A stretch of 33,074 nucleotides of DNA. It comes from Verrucomicrobiota bacterium. GTDB lineage: Bacteria; Verrucomicrobiota; Verrucomicrobiia; Limisphaerales; UBA1096. The notes under the pieces were generated by a model. That model was not told where the DNA came from. It did no database searches and saw nothing but the letters and a program-made list of their open reading frames with translations. A program made the translations under genes and the position numbers. Positions 1 through 9,141 of this stretch are shown in pieces. Each line of letters begins with the position of its first letter. Position 1 is the first letter of the stretch. The DNA is taken from contig JASLKI010000311.1 of NCBI GenBank assembly GCA_030747575.1, forward strand, positions 1 through 33,074, written 5' to 3'.

Positions 1-1
1 T

Positions 2-475
2 GGCCGCAGTCTCGTTTTGATCGCGCCTCACACCCATCCTGACCCTGCTCTTTCCGAGAACTGGCGCGTCAGCCTGCAGTCAGGTGGCAGTCTCGGAGGG
101 ACGGACGGGGCGCCGTTCCCCTCTGATCCGCTGGGGGACGCCAATGGAAACGGGGAACCCGACCTGATTGATTACGCGCTCGGTAACGACCTCGGCCTTT
201 CTCCCATCTTTCCGGGGTTCAGTTGGGACGAGGACGTTCCCGCGGGAGAGGACGCTCTTCTTTTCACAGTTCCGATCAGTCTTGCCGCGGAAGGAGTCCA
301 GATCGAATTTCATTTTTCAACGGACCTTGTCGAGTGGCAGGACGGGGCCTCGCACTTCGAATTGGTTTCGACGGAACCGCTCGGAGATGGCAGGGCTGTG
401 CGTACATGGCGTGTCAAACCGCCTCTCCACGATCAACCTCAACTTTATGTTCGATTACGCGTGCTTGGTCAGTGA
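2..475 (+). CDS. C-terminal part of a secreted protein; the 5' end lies outside the window
   Basis: Frame 2 is open from the window edge, so the listed TTG at 17 is probably internal. Contains an acidic DANGNGEPDLIDYALGND linker, then a ~60-aa beta-rich module ending LYVRLRV. Stop TGA at 473-475. Confidence 0.6.
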   Translation, partial: GRSLVLIAPHTHPDPALSENWRVSLQSGGSLGGTDGAPFPSDPLGDANGNGEPDLIDYALGNDLGLSPIFPGFSWDEDVPAGEDALLFTVPISLAAEGVQIEFHFSTDLVEWQDGASHFELVSTEPLGDGRAVRTWRVKPPLHDQPQLYVRLRVLGQ

Positions 476-484
476 TCCAACAAT

Positions 485-3400
485 TCAAGGAACCCGTCGC
501 ATAATCTTTCTCAACACAGAAATACCAGGAACCCCAGGCTGGGTCGCGAGGACATGGCCCGAGCTATCCGTGATGACCGAGGAAGGCAGCGGCGGTTCAG
601 CGCCAAAAACCTTGGTGAAGGCGGCAGCGGCACCAGCCCGCTGGCTTACGGCAATTCGGATGAGGCGTGTTGAGGGCCGATATTCTCTGTTATAATCACC
701 GAGTTTCTGGTCGTTGTCTGTATTATCGATCGGCACCGCGATGAAATCGACTCCTTCGGGGCCAAGAATTGCGCGCACATTTTGAAGGCGCGGAAGGTTC
801 TCTTTGTACGCTTGGTTGGACGTCGAAAATGTCGTGTAAACACGAAGGCGGGCGCCGGGTTTGGCGGAACTGTCCACCGCAGCGATCGGGAACACCTCCC
901 TGTTGGCCGGGGCCAGTTCTCGCTCGCTCGCCTTTACTCTATAAGTGGTGCGCTCGACCGAACCATCCGTTGGACCGTCCTCCGGATTCTCGTAAACGGT
1001 GAGTAGGGTTCCTTCCGGAACTCCCTGCGTGGTGGTAGTCCTGCCAGAAGGCCAATGGACGGTGAGCGAGGCGACATTTGTGTGAGAGCCGATACCCACC
1101 ATCATCGTTGAAGAATTTTGGGTGGACCACCCATCGCCACAGCGATGCTCGCGCGTAATCTTCTCATTACCCAGATCCACAACAACCCGGGCACCGTAAC
1201 CATCACGACACGCGAACTCGCTGGAGGAAGCCGCTGCGCGATTTCCGCCAACGAAGCGTATGGCGATAATGCCTCCACTTACTCCGGTTGCTCCCATTTC
1301 GTTGTGGTAGAGGTTGAACAGGGGCTGGTTGGCGTTGACCAACGCTATGTCCTGCCATCCATCACGATCATAGTCTAAAATTGAAAACCCCCGGCTGTCT
1401 GCCAGGTTGTCCAACCCGGACAGCGCTGAAATATCAGCAAAGGAGTGACCAGCGTGATTGGCGAAGTAACGATTGCGTTCGTTTCCGTTAAGGGAATGTA
1501 CAAGGACTTTGTCCCCCTGTCGTTCAACGCCGGCCAGACGTGCGTCGATCATCGGGCCATCACTGTCAGGCGCGGGAGTACGTTTCCATTCGGGGGAAAA
1601 CCGGAAGCTGGGGCGTGATAGGTTCTCATCTGTACGCACCATTGTGCGCCACAGATTACTTTCAAGATCCAGTCCCGAGGCACACTCCTTCGGTGCGGTA
1701 AAGTAGCCGTTCAGCACATAGAGATCGAGGAAACTGTCGTTGTCGAAATCGGCGAAACATCCACCCCACGACCAACCAGCATTCATCACAGTCATCGAGG
1801 GTGGCATCAGGCCGGCGACTTGCTCAAATTTTCCGTTGGCAATCCGGCGGTAAAGCCAATTGCCCGCAGCGGATTCAATGAACATTTTTTCCAACCCCGG
1901 GATTTGCTTGGTGATCCGGCGGCCCGGATCGCTATACATGTTCGAGACGTATAGATCGTCATGGCCATCGTTGTCGTAATCTCCCCAGGAAGCACCCATG
2001 GCATAGCCGTAGGAGGTGATTCCCGATTGTGTGGTGACATCTGTGAAACCGCCCGAGCCATCGTTGCGAAACAGCACATCTAGACCCCAATCGTTGGCGA
2101 TGTAGAGATCCGGACGGCCATCCCGATTGTAATCTCCCCAAGTGGCCTGCATCGAGTTGCGCCAGATTCCAACCGTGTTGTTTTCTGGCGCAGGTTCGAA
2201 ACGCCCGCCGCCGCGATTTACCAGTAATACGTTGGGGGGGCCAAGTTGATCGAGAACTGTACCTCCCTTGCGTTTTCGGTGTTCAGACTCCCGCTGCCGG
2301 TATTCTCGGGCCAGATTGATATCGAAGAACTCGTCCGGCCAGTCAAAGTCATCATCCTTGCTCTGCGCAACGCCTCCCGCGGGACTCGCTCCGGCCGGCG
2401 CGGCCGGCCGATAGGTGCAGATGTAAACATCCAACAGGCCATCCATGTTGTAATCAGCCGCAGACATTGATAGGGCGGCCATTGGCATGAATTTTGGAAT
2501 TGGATGTTGGTAGAATACACCCTGCCTATTCTCGAGATAGCTCGTTTTTAACAGGCTGCGTCCCAATATCACATCCTGGTCGCCGTCATTGTCGAAGTCT
2601 GCAAAGAGCGCGCAAGGGGTGTGCCCAGGGAGATCCAGTTTGAACGCCGCAGCCTGTTCGAGAAATGTTCCATCGCCCTGATTGACAAGAAGCATGTTTT
2701 TACCGAGTCGCATGGTGATGTAGATATCATCGAACCCATCGCCATTTACGTCGGCCACCGCCGTGCCTTCCTTTTGATTCGCGGAAATAGGCGCAAAGTA
2801 AGGGTGTGGCAACTGTTTTGTGCCTTCAAGGTAATGCTTTACGGTTGCTTCGTAATGGAGCGATCGTCGCAGCATGGAGGCTTCCTGTGGTACACGCATG
2901 GCCGTATCCAGTGCCTCGGCAAAAAGCCGCCTGGGGCTGGTGCGCCAATTCATCTCAGTGGTTTTCCAGCCGGTGATCTTCCACTCCCCTGCTCCGCCGC
3001 CGTCGGTTTTTGGGCGTTCCCAGGTAAGATCCATTCTTCCTTCAAATGAGAACCATTTGTCAGACTTCATGCGTGCCAGGGCTTCGAAGCCACCTTTCGC
3101 TTCATAACGCCACATGTTTTCGTCCGGATGTCCGCCGCTGATGAGCTTAACTTTTGCGTGTTCGAAGTATGAAATTTTATCGAGCATCGGGCGCCACAGA
3201 TTCACGCCCTCGGTTTGCATTGAGAGTGCGGCGACTGGCCAGGGGTGGGCCTCCAACTTGGAGGAGTCGGTTGGGGTCGCCGCAGGAACAGGATCAAGAT
3301 CGACGGTCGTCACAGTGGTTGAAAACACATTTTCAGCGCCTGCTGCCGGGCCGGGCAGGCGCAGGTCGAGAAGGCCCTCGGAAAGGGCGTTCATTTTCTG

Positions 3401-3640
3401 GTTTAGGTTCAGGTAGGTTTCCTCAGCGGCCACGAGGGCACGGATTACAGCACCGTCATGTTTTTTGATGGTGCTGTTGAGTGTCGTTGGCGTGCTCTCA
3501 TGAGCCCCCCCCTTTGGAGGCGATTTCTTTGCTATTTTCGAAATAGGTATGACCAAGACTAGCAAGACCACGGCGATCAAGGCCATGATCAGCTTGTAGT
3601 TTGCATTGGGTCGGGGTGATGCGTTTGATCGGCGTTTCAT
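485..3640 (-). CDS. CRTAC1/ASPIC-UnbV family FG-GAP (VCBS) repeat protein with an N-terminal membrane anchor and a C-terminal cysteine-less thioredoxin-like domain
   Basis: Seven DxDGDGxxD-type repeats (VNGDGFDDIY, FDNDGDQDV, YNMDGLLDVY, YNRDGRPDLY, YDNDGHDDLY, FDNDSFLDLY, YDRDGWQDIA). UnbV-like block GYGARVVVDLG..GDGWSTQNS..LTVHWPSG. Start chosen at the internal ATG 3640 (MKRRSN.., then TM helix LIMALIAVVLLVLVIPI) because it follows caggggggtcga. The ORF is open up to 3709. Confidence 0.85.
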   Translation of the reverse strand: MKRRSNASPRPNANYKLIMALIAVVLLVLVIPISKIAKKSPPKGGAHESTPTTLNSTIKKHDGAVIRALVAAEETYLNLNQKMNALSEGLLDLRLPGPAAGAENVFSTTVTTVDLDPVPAATPTDSSKLEAHPWPVAALSMQTEGVNLWRPMLDKISYFEHAKVKLISGGHPDENMWRYEAKGGFEALARMKSDKWFSFEGRMDLTWERPKTDGGGAGEWKITGWKTTEMNWRTSPRRLFAEALDTAMRVPQEASMLRRSLHYEATVKHYLEGTKQLPHPYFAPISANQKEGTAVADVNGDGFDDIYITMRLGKNMLLVNQGDGTFLEQAAAFKLDLPGHTPCALFADFDNDGDQDVILGRSLLKTSYLENRQGVFYQHPIPKFMPMAALSMSAADYNMDGLLDVYICTYRPAAPAGASPAGGVAQSKDDDFDWPDEFFDINLAREYRQRESEHRKRKGGTVLDQLGPPNVLLVNRGGGRFEPAPENNTVGIWRNSMQATWGDYNRDGRPDLYIANDWGLDVLFRNDGSGGFTDVTTQSGITSYGYAMGASWGDYDNDGHDDLYVSNMYSDPGRRITKQIPGLEKMFIESAAGNWLYRRIANGKFEQVAGLMPPSMTVMNAGWSWGGCFADFDNDSFLDLYVLNGYFTAPKECASGLDLESNLWRTMVRTDENLSRPSFRFSPEWKRTPAPDSDGPMIDARLAGVERQGDKVLVHSLNGNERNRYFANHAGHSFADISALSGLDNLADSRGFSILDYDRDGWQDIALVNANQPLFNLYHNEMGATGVSGGIIAIRFVGGNRAAASSSEFACRDGYGARVVVDLGNEKITREHRCGDGWSTQNSSTMMVGIGSHTNVASLTVHWPSGRTTTTQGVPEGTLLTVYENPEDGPTDGSVERTTYRVKASERELAPANREVFPIAAVDSSAKPGARLRVYTTFSTSNQAYKENLPRLQNVRAILGPEGVDFIAVPIDNTDNDQKLGDYNREYRPSTRLIRIAVSQRAGAAAAFTKVFGAEPPLPSSVITDSSGHVLATQPGVPGISVLRKIMRRVP

Positions 3641-3788
3641 TCGACCCCCCTGTACATCTCTGCTTAAGGGCTGTCGAGCCGAATTGCTGTCCCCTCCTAC
3701 AGCCTGCAATTAAGGCAGCTAGACCTCTTGCATTGCAAACAGCCCGCCACCAAGTGGTAATTCTCCTATTGACTCGATTTCGAGGGTT

Positions 3789-6700
3789 ATGCTTAATTTG
3801 TTGCGGATGAATAAAATTATCAACCGAACATTGATATGCTGTTCGCTTCTCCTTGGAAGCTCGACCTACTCAAATGCCCAAGAATTGTTATGGACCGTCG
3901 GGCTGGACGATAACGGTTGGCCCGCCGGCTGGGACGGGGGAGCCGAGGCCAGTTTTGTGCAGGAGAACGGAGAAATCAACCCTTTGCCAGGAAGTCCTTT
4001 CAGTGAATCAATAGCACGGGGAGCCGATAATGACTACTACTTCGCAGGAGAATACGAGACAGTTATAGACGGCAACGGCGATTATGAACCAATTGGCTTG
4101 GTGGACTTCGATGAAGAGGCAGCCGAAAGGGCTTTTGCTGGTGGGGATCTTGATCTGAGGTATCACTTTAATCTTCCTGATACCCTGGAGCCGACCAGTC
4201 TTCTATCAGTCACTTTCGACGCCTATAATTTGGATACGCGACCGGCGGACCCGCGTTTTGGGGTTGAAGTCTACTTTAACGGAGTGCTGGTGCAGCCCGA
4301 GATTCTTATTCGCGGTGCACAACTGGATGAAGATTTCAAAACACTTCAATTCACGGTGGAAAGTGTGAATGCAGAGGTCGGTGAGGGATTCGATAACATC
4401 GTCAGTCTCCGAGGCACCAGTTATAATTCAGATGGCGGTGGGAGCTGGATGGGTATCGACTACATTCAGCTTGATCACGAGACGGAACGGGATGACCGTC
4501 CGCTCGCCAATACGATCCCGGCAGCCGTCTTACCATGGGCGGTTGGGCTGGACGATGATGGCTGGCCCGAGGGAGATGGCGGCGGAGCCAATGCCACCTT
4601 TGTGCAGGAGAAAGGAGTAAATGAGCTGCCAGGAAATCCCGCCAACCCCGAAGTTGCCCAGCAGGGGGACGATGATTATTATTTTGCAGGTTTTTATTCG
4701 GAAGTTATCCCAGCCAACGGTGACTATGAACCGGTGGGCCTGGTGCCGAACAACGAGGAAGCTGCCGAACGAGCGTTTGCCGGCGCGGACAATGAACTCC
4801 GCTACCATTTCAACCTTCCCAATACACTCCAAGCAGACGACAAGCTTGAGGTCACGTTCGACGCCTATAATTTGGACACGAACGGCACCGACCCCCGTTA
4901 CGGTGTCGAAGTTTACATGAACGGTGTGCTGGTTCAGCCTGAGATAGTTATTCGCGATGGCCAGCTAAACACGGCCATCACCACGCCAGAGTTCACACTG
5001 GAGAGTGTCGGCGCAATGATCGGCTCAGGATTCGATAACATCGTAACCCTCAAGGGAGTCAATTACAGCGCTGAGGGCGGTGGAAGCTGGATGGGGATTG
5101 ATTATATTCAGCTCAACCCAGCGATTCCGACGCCCGAGTTGCCTTGGGTGGTCGGCATGAACGATGACGGGTGGCCCACGGGAGACGGCGGTGGTGCCAA
5201 TGCATCTTTCGTCCAGGAGAATGGAACGGTCAACGATCTGCCGGGCGTCCCGGACAGTCCGGAAGTTGATAAGGAGGCGGACAACGACTACTATTTCGCT
5301 GGCGTTTTTTCGACTGTGATTGACGGTAATGGTGACTACGAGCCGGTCGGTGCAGTTCGAGTCAACGAAGAGGCGGCCGAGCGCGCGTTTGCGGGTGAAG
5401 ACAATGAGCTTCGATATCATTTTAATCTCCCACCGTCACTTCAACCAACAGATCAGCTTGCAGTCAACTTTGAAGCCCTGAACCTTCAGGATGATGAATG
5501 GGATCCGCGCTACGGTGTTGAAGTGTATTTCAACAACGTGAAGGTGCAGTCCGAGATCGTCATCTATATTGATGAACTCAACCAGACGATTTCTACCTCG
5601 CCTTTTACTGTTGAGGAGGTTAACGCGCAGGTTGGACTCGGTTTTGACAACATCGTCAGCCTTCGCGGAATAAACTATAGCGAGGATGATGGCGGCAATT
5701 GGATGGGCATCGACTATGTGCAGCTCATCCAGGTTCTGCCCGCTCCGTTCCCTTGGTCAGTCGGGAAGGACGATAACGGTTGGCCCGTCGGCGACGGTGG
5801 TGGTGCAAACGCCACCTTTGTTCAAGAGACCGGCACCAATGATCTTCCAGGAAACCCCGCGAGCCCCGAGACTAATCAGCAAGCGGATGATGATTACTAC
5901 TTTGCTGGTGAATACACGAAGGTGATTGAAAACAACGGCGATTATGAACCGGTCGGCTCCGTGTTGGTCAACGAGGAGGCTGCTGAGCGTGCTTTCGCCG
6001 GTATCGATAATGATCTCCGTTACCATTTCAACCTGCCCGCAAGCTTGAAATCCGACGATCAACTGATGATCACTTTTGATGCGAACAACCTCCATAACGA
6101 TGCAGACGACCCCCAGTACGGCATCGAGGTTTATTTTAATAACGAGCTCGTCCAGGAGGAGATTGTCATTTACCCGGAAGATTTGGACACCGATTTCACG
6201 ACGCTCCCTTTCACGCTGGAGAGCGTCAATGCCGAAGTCGGTCCCGGCTTTGATAACATCATCACGCTTAAAGGCATCAACTACAATGAAGACGGGGGGG
6301 GGAATTGGATGGGCATCGACTATGTTTCATTGGACCCAATGCCGGAGCCAGTGTTTCCGTTGGCGATAGGGAAGGATGACGATGGTTGGCCGGTTGGTGA
6401 TGGTGGTGGTGCAAACACCTCTTTTGTACAAGAGACCGGCACCAATGACCTCCCGGGGAACCCTGCAAGCCCCGAAGTCGCCCAGCAGGCGGATGATGAT
6501 TACTACTTCGCCGGGGTTTACACAAAGCCCCTCGTTGAGGATGAGTGGGTGGGAGAATATGATCCGGTGGGTATCGTGCCAAAGAATGAAGAAGCCGCCG
6601 AGCGAGCCTTCGCTGGGATAGACAACAATCTGCGCTACCACTTCAACCTTCCAGCAACACTGGATCTCACTGATGAGATAACGGTTTCTTTTGATGCGAA

Positions 6701-7166
6701 CAACCTTCACGAAGGCGAAGACGATCCTCGCTATGGAATAGAAATCTATTTCAATGACGTAATGGTTCAGGAGGAGATTGTGATACGACCTGATGATTTG
6801 GGCAACAAGTTCACCACCGAGCCGTTTACTTTAGCCAGCGTGAACGCTGAACTGGGCCCTGGCCCGGATAACATCGTTAACCTTAGAGGAGTGAACTACA
6901 ACGCGGAAGGTGGCGGGAATTGGATGGGTATCGATTACGTCCAAATAGGCCCATTTGAGGACACCCCGCCTGCATTGCCGCCTGAATTCCTGCAACCCGT
7001 TGTGGGCAATGGCCAGTTGACCCTTTCCTGGAGCGGCAGCGGCAACCTCGAGTGGGCCCCTGAGGTTACTGGCCCCTGGACAGCCGTTACTCCCATTCCC
7101 ACCACTCCGTACTCGGAAAACTTCAGCGTGGCTGACCAGCGCTTTTATCGCCTTCGAAAGCCTTAG
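3789..7166 (+). CDS. Large secreted protein with five tandem repeats of an unassigned ~203-215-aa domain plus a C-terminal ~60-aa module ending RFYRLRKP
   Basis: 1125-aa ORF with signal-peptide-like N-terminus (alternative start ATG 3807, MNKIINRTLICCSLLLGSSTYSNAQ). Every repeat shows W.VG.DD.GWP..GGGAN..FVQE, DDDYYFAG, NGDYEPVG, EEAAERAFAG, LRYHFNLP, DPRYG.EVYFN and GGG.WMGIDY.QL. Confidence 0.9.
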   Translation: MLNLLRMNKIINRTLICCSLLLGSSTYSNAQELLWTVGLDDNGWPAGWDGGAEASFVQENGEINPLPGSPFSESIARGADNDYYFAGEYETVIDGNGDYEPIGLVDFDEEAAERAFAGGDLDLRYHFNLPDTLEPTSLLSVTFDAYNLDTRPADPRFGVEVYFNGVLVQPEILIRGAQLDEDFKTLQFTVESVNAEVGEGFDNIVSLRGTSYNSDGGGSWMGIDYIQLDHETERDDRPLANTIPAAVLPWAVGLDDDGWPEGDGGGANATFVQEKGVNELPGNPANPEVAQQGDDDYYFAGFYSEVIPANGDYEPVGLVPNNEEAAERAFAGADNELRYHFNLPNTLQADDKLEVTFDAYNLDTNGTDPRYGVEVYMNGVLVQPEIVIRDGQLNTAITTPEFTLESVGAMIGSGFDNIVTLKGVNYSAEGGGSWMGIDYIQLNPAIPTPELPWVVGMNDDGWPTGDGGGANASFVQENGTVNDLPGVPDSPEVDKEADNDYYFAGVFSTVIDGNGDYEPVGAVRVNEEAAERAFAGEDNELRYHFNLPPSLQPTDQLAVNFEALNLQDDEWDPRYGVEVYFNNVKVQSEIVIYIDELNQTISTSPFTVEEVNAQVGLGFDNIVSLRGINYSEDDGGNWMGIDYVQLIQVLPAPFPWSVGKDDNGWPVGDGGGANATFVQETGTNDLPGNPASPETNQQADDDYYFAGEYTKVIENNGDYEPVGSVLVNEEAAERAFAGIDNDLRYHFNLPASLKSDDQLMITFDANNLHNDADDPQYGIEVYFNNELVQEEIVIYPEDLDTDFTTLPFTLESVNAEVGPGFDNIITLKGINYNEDGGGNWMGIDYVSLDPMPEPVFPLAIGKDDDGWPVGDGGGANTSFVQETGTNDLPGNPASPEVAQQADDDYYFAGVYTKPLVEDEWVGEYDPVGIVPKNEEAAERAFAGIDNNLRYHFNLPATLDLTDEITVSFDANNLHEGEDDPRYGIEIYFNDVMVQEEIVIRPDDLGNKFTTEPFTLASVNAELGPGPDNIVNLRGVNYNAEGGGNWMGIDYVQIGPFEDTPPALPPEFLQPVVGNGQLTLSWSGSGNLEWAPEVTGPWTAVTPIPTTPYSENFSVADQRFYRLRKP
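3891..6947 (+). repeat. Five in-frame tandem coding repeats
   Basis: Equivalent Trp/Leu codons at 3891, 4536, 5145, 5754 and 6360, giving periods of 645, 609, 609 and 606 nt. The last unit ends about 6947. Copies are diverged at the DNA level and are not identical. Confidence 0.9.
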
Positions 7167-7526
7167 TAGTCTGGTGTCTATTAGAGAACTGCCGGGTAAA
7201 GCAGTGACATTGCTGTCAATCCATCGTGTACAGAGGAGAAACTCTGTGGATGTTGACTTGAAGTGACCAATTAATTCGCCTCCATGCTCCAATGCGGTCC
7301 GTAATAAATCCGTAATCGGCAGATACGAATTTATTCAAGGAGTTCGATTTTGAACCTCACCAACTCCACGCGCTCAATTCATGAACAATGGATTTGGATT
7401 TCGGGAATTTTCGGGCAAAAGAGGGCTAGTTGAATCTATAATCTTCTTTATTCAATGCGTTAAGAGTTGACATAAGTGTTTGATTAGAAAAAAATACTTT
7501 TTTAAGTAACTTATCCTTAAAAATAA

Positions 7527-8051
7527 ATGAAAAATATACTAATAATATTGCTAGCTATAACAGCATTTACCATTTCAGTAAATGCTCAGTCAGAAACACT
7601 TCCTGAAGTAAAGACAAGTGATGCCTTCAAACAATTGCAAGGCTTTATTGGTAAATGGAAAGGGAAAATAACAAAATATAATGGCGAAGTCGAGAGCATA
7701 GAGACTGAGTTTAGTTTAATGACTAATGGTAGTGTGATTGTAGAACGATTCACTGAAGGCGGCAAGGAGGTCTTTACAATGTATCATGATAAAAACGGTC
7801 AATTGACTGCTACCCACTATTGCTCACTAGGGAATGTTCCGTCGTTTACTCTAAGTAAAAAAGACAAGTATAATTTGTCATTCGCTTTCGATCCTCTTTG
7901 TGGATTAAAGGTTGGGAAAGACAAATTTCTAAACTCATTGGTTTGGAATTATGATCCTAAAAAACCAAATAAACTTCAGTCATATAGCAAGCTCATTGAT
8001 ACTGATAAAAGTATACTTTCGAACACTAAAAAGTTAACTAGAGTAAAGTAA
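7527..8051 (+). CDS. Secreted hypothetical protein in the AT-rich block
   Basis: 174-aa ORF with signal peptide MKNILIILLAITAFTISVNAQ, very AT-rich codon usage and no SD-like sequence upstream. An intrinsic terminator follows. Family not recognised with confidence (motif THYCSLGNVPSF). Confidence 0.75.
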   Translation: MKNILIILLAITAFTISVNAQSETLPEVKTSDAFKQLQGFIGKWKGKITKYNGEVESIETEFSLMTNGSVIVERFTEGGKEVFTMYHDKNGQLTATHYCSLGNVPSFTLSKKDKYNLSFAFDPLCGLKVGKDKFLNSLVWNYDPKKPNKLQSYSKLIDTDKSILSNTKKLTRVK

Positions 8052-8075
8052 AAATATTAGAAAATACCTTTTTCA

Positions 8076-8104
8076 AGCACCATTTACTAATGGTGCTTTT
8101 TTTT
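8076..8104 (+). terminator. Rho-independent terminator of the 7527..8051 gene
   Basis: Stem agcaccat (8076-8083) pairs with atggtgct (8090-8097). A run of seven T follows (8098-8104). Confidence 0.85.
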
Positions 8105-8110
8105 CATTAT

Positions 8111-9007
8111 ATGAATAAATTAATTATCTTTTGCATGCTGGTTACTATTAGCTGTAAAGAACATAAAACTAGCTATGAACACCCGAATAATTCTGCTACA
8201 AATAAATTAGAGTTTATTACAAAAGGTATAGTTAAAGAATTCTTAGATAACGGCATGATTAAAATTGAACATGAGGAGATCCCGAATTACATGCCATCGA
8301 TGACTATGCCATTTAATATAAAAAACAAGGCAGAAGCCGATGGAATTAAAATTGGAAATGAAATAAGTTTTAAATTTAATGTTGGAGAAGATTACAGCTG
8401 GATTGATGAAATAGTAATATTAAATACAGCTCCAGAAAATGAAAACAAAGAATACAGAACAGGCACAGTTAGCGAAAAAAGATATTTAACAATTGGGGAC
8501 GTGATTGGAAACTATGATTTTATCAATCATAAAAATGAAAAAGTAAGCCTGAGTCATTTCAATGATAAGGTTCTTGTTATCACGTTTATTTATACTCGAT
8601 GCCCTGTGCCTGACTTTTGCCCACAATTATCACTAAAATTTAAATCCGCACTTGAAAGTCTTAGCACAGAATTACCAAACCAAAATGCTTATCATTTCCT
8701 GTCTATTACCTTTGACCCTGAACACGATACGCCTAATGTACTAAACAATTATGCAAAACTTTATGAAGGCGACAATCACAATAACTGGAGTTTCCTAACT
8801 TCCAGTACGGAAGAAATACAAAAATTCACTGACGAAATTGGATTAGTAATAAGTCGTGAAAAAGAGAGTATATTAGACTGGGATCATAACCTTCGAACAC
8901 TAGTTACTAATCAATCAGGTATGATCAAAACTATTCTTATTGGAAACCTGTGGAGTGCCGATGAGTTGGTTAATGAAATAAAAGAATTACTGGCAGGCCA
9001 TAGATGA
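8111..9007 (+). CDS. SCO1/SenC-family copper chaperone / thiol-disulfide protein with an N-terminal CusF-like copper-binding domain; probable lipoprotein
   Basis: Thioredoxin-fold motif FIYTRCPVPDFCP, ..SITFDPEHDTP.., DHNLRTLV. N-terminal IEHEEIPNYMPSMTMPFNI Met-rich copper-site-like motif. Start moved to ATG 8111 (MNKLIIFCMLVTISC) because the listed start at 8090 lies inside the upstream terminator. Confidence 0.8.
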   Translation: MNKLIIFCMLVTISCKEHKTSYEHPNNSATNKLEFITKGIVKEFLDNGMIKIEHEEIPNYMPSMTMPFNIKNKAEADGIKIGNEISFKFNVGEDYSWIDEIVILNTAPENENKEYRTGTVSEKRYLTIGDVIGNYDFINHKNEKVSLSHFNDKVLVITFIYTRCPVPDFCPQLSLKFKSALESLSTELPNQNAYHFLSITFDPEHDTPNVLNNYAKLYEGDNHNNWSFLTSSTEEIQKFTDEIGLVISREKESILDWDHNLRTLVTNQSGMIKTILIGNLWSADELVNEIKELLAGHR

Positions 9008-9039
9008 ATGTTTGGATGCGGAAAGGGGGCTGGCAACAG

Positions 9040-9117
9040 CTACTTCCCTTCAGCTTTCAATTCTTCACCCGTCTTGCCGCCGTGTTTGCGGAGGAGGTCT
9101 TCGGTTTCTTTTCTCAT
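9040..9117 (-). pseudogene. Tail-only fragment (25 codons: MRKETEDLLRKHGGKTGEELKAEGK)
   Basis: Near-exact copy of the family tail element with stop TAG at 9040-9042. No leader or cargo is attached. It sits between the AT-rich plus-strand block and the minus-strand array. Confidence 0.6.
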
Positions 9118-9141
9118 AGGTCTGAGTTGGTCATAATATCG

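Noticed and set aside
3728-3738. ttgcattgcaa palindrome in the divergent intergenic region, as a possible operator.
   Set aside because: The arms are only 5 bp. Such a match is expected by chance, and no second half-site or partner regulator is in view.
6831-7292. 153-aa minus-strand ORF overlapping the 3' end of the tandem-repeat gene.
   Set aside because: It is antisense to a strongly supported ORF, has no recognisable motifs or signal, and looks like a typical shadow ORF.
7325-7365. ggagttcgattttgaacctcaccaactcca looked like a tRNA T-arm/acceptor remnant, which could mark an att site at the left edge of the AT-rich block.
   Set aside because: The arms pair poorly (only GTTC/GAAC). There is no match to the 3' half of the tRNA-Leu at 19869..19955, and no acceptor-stem complement.
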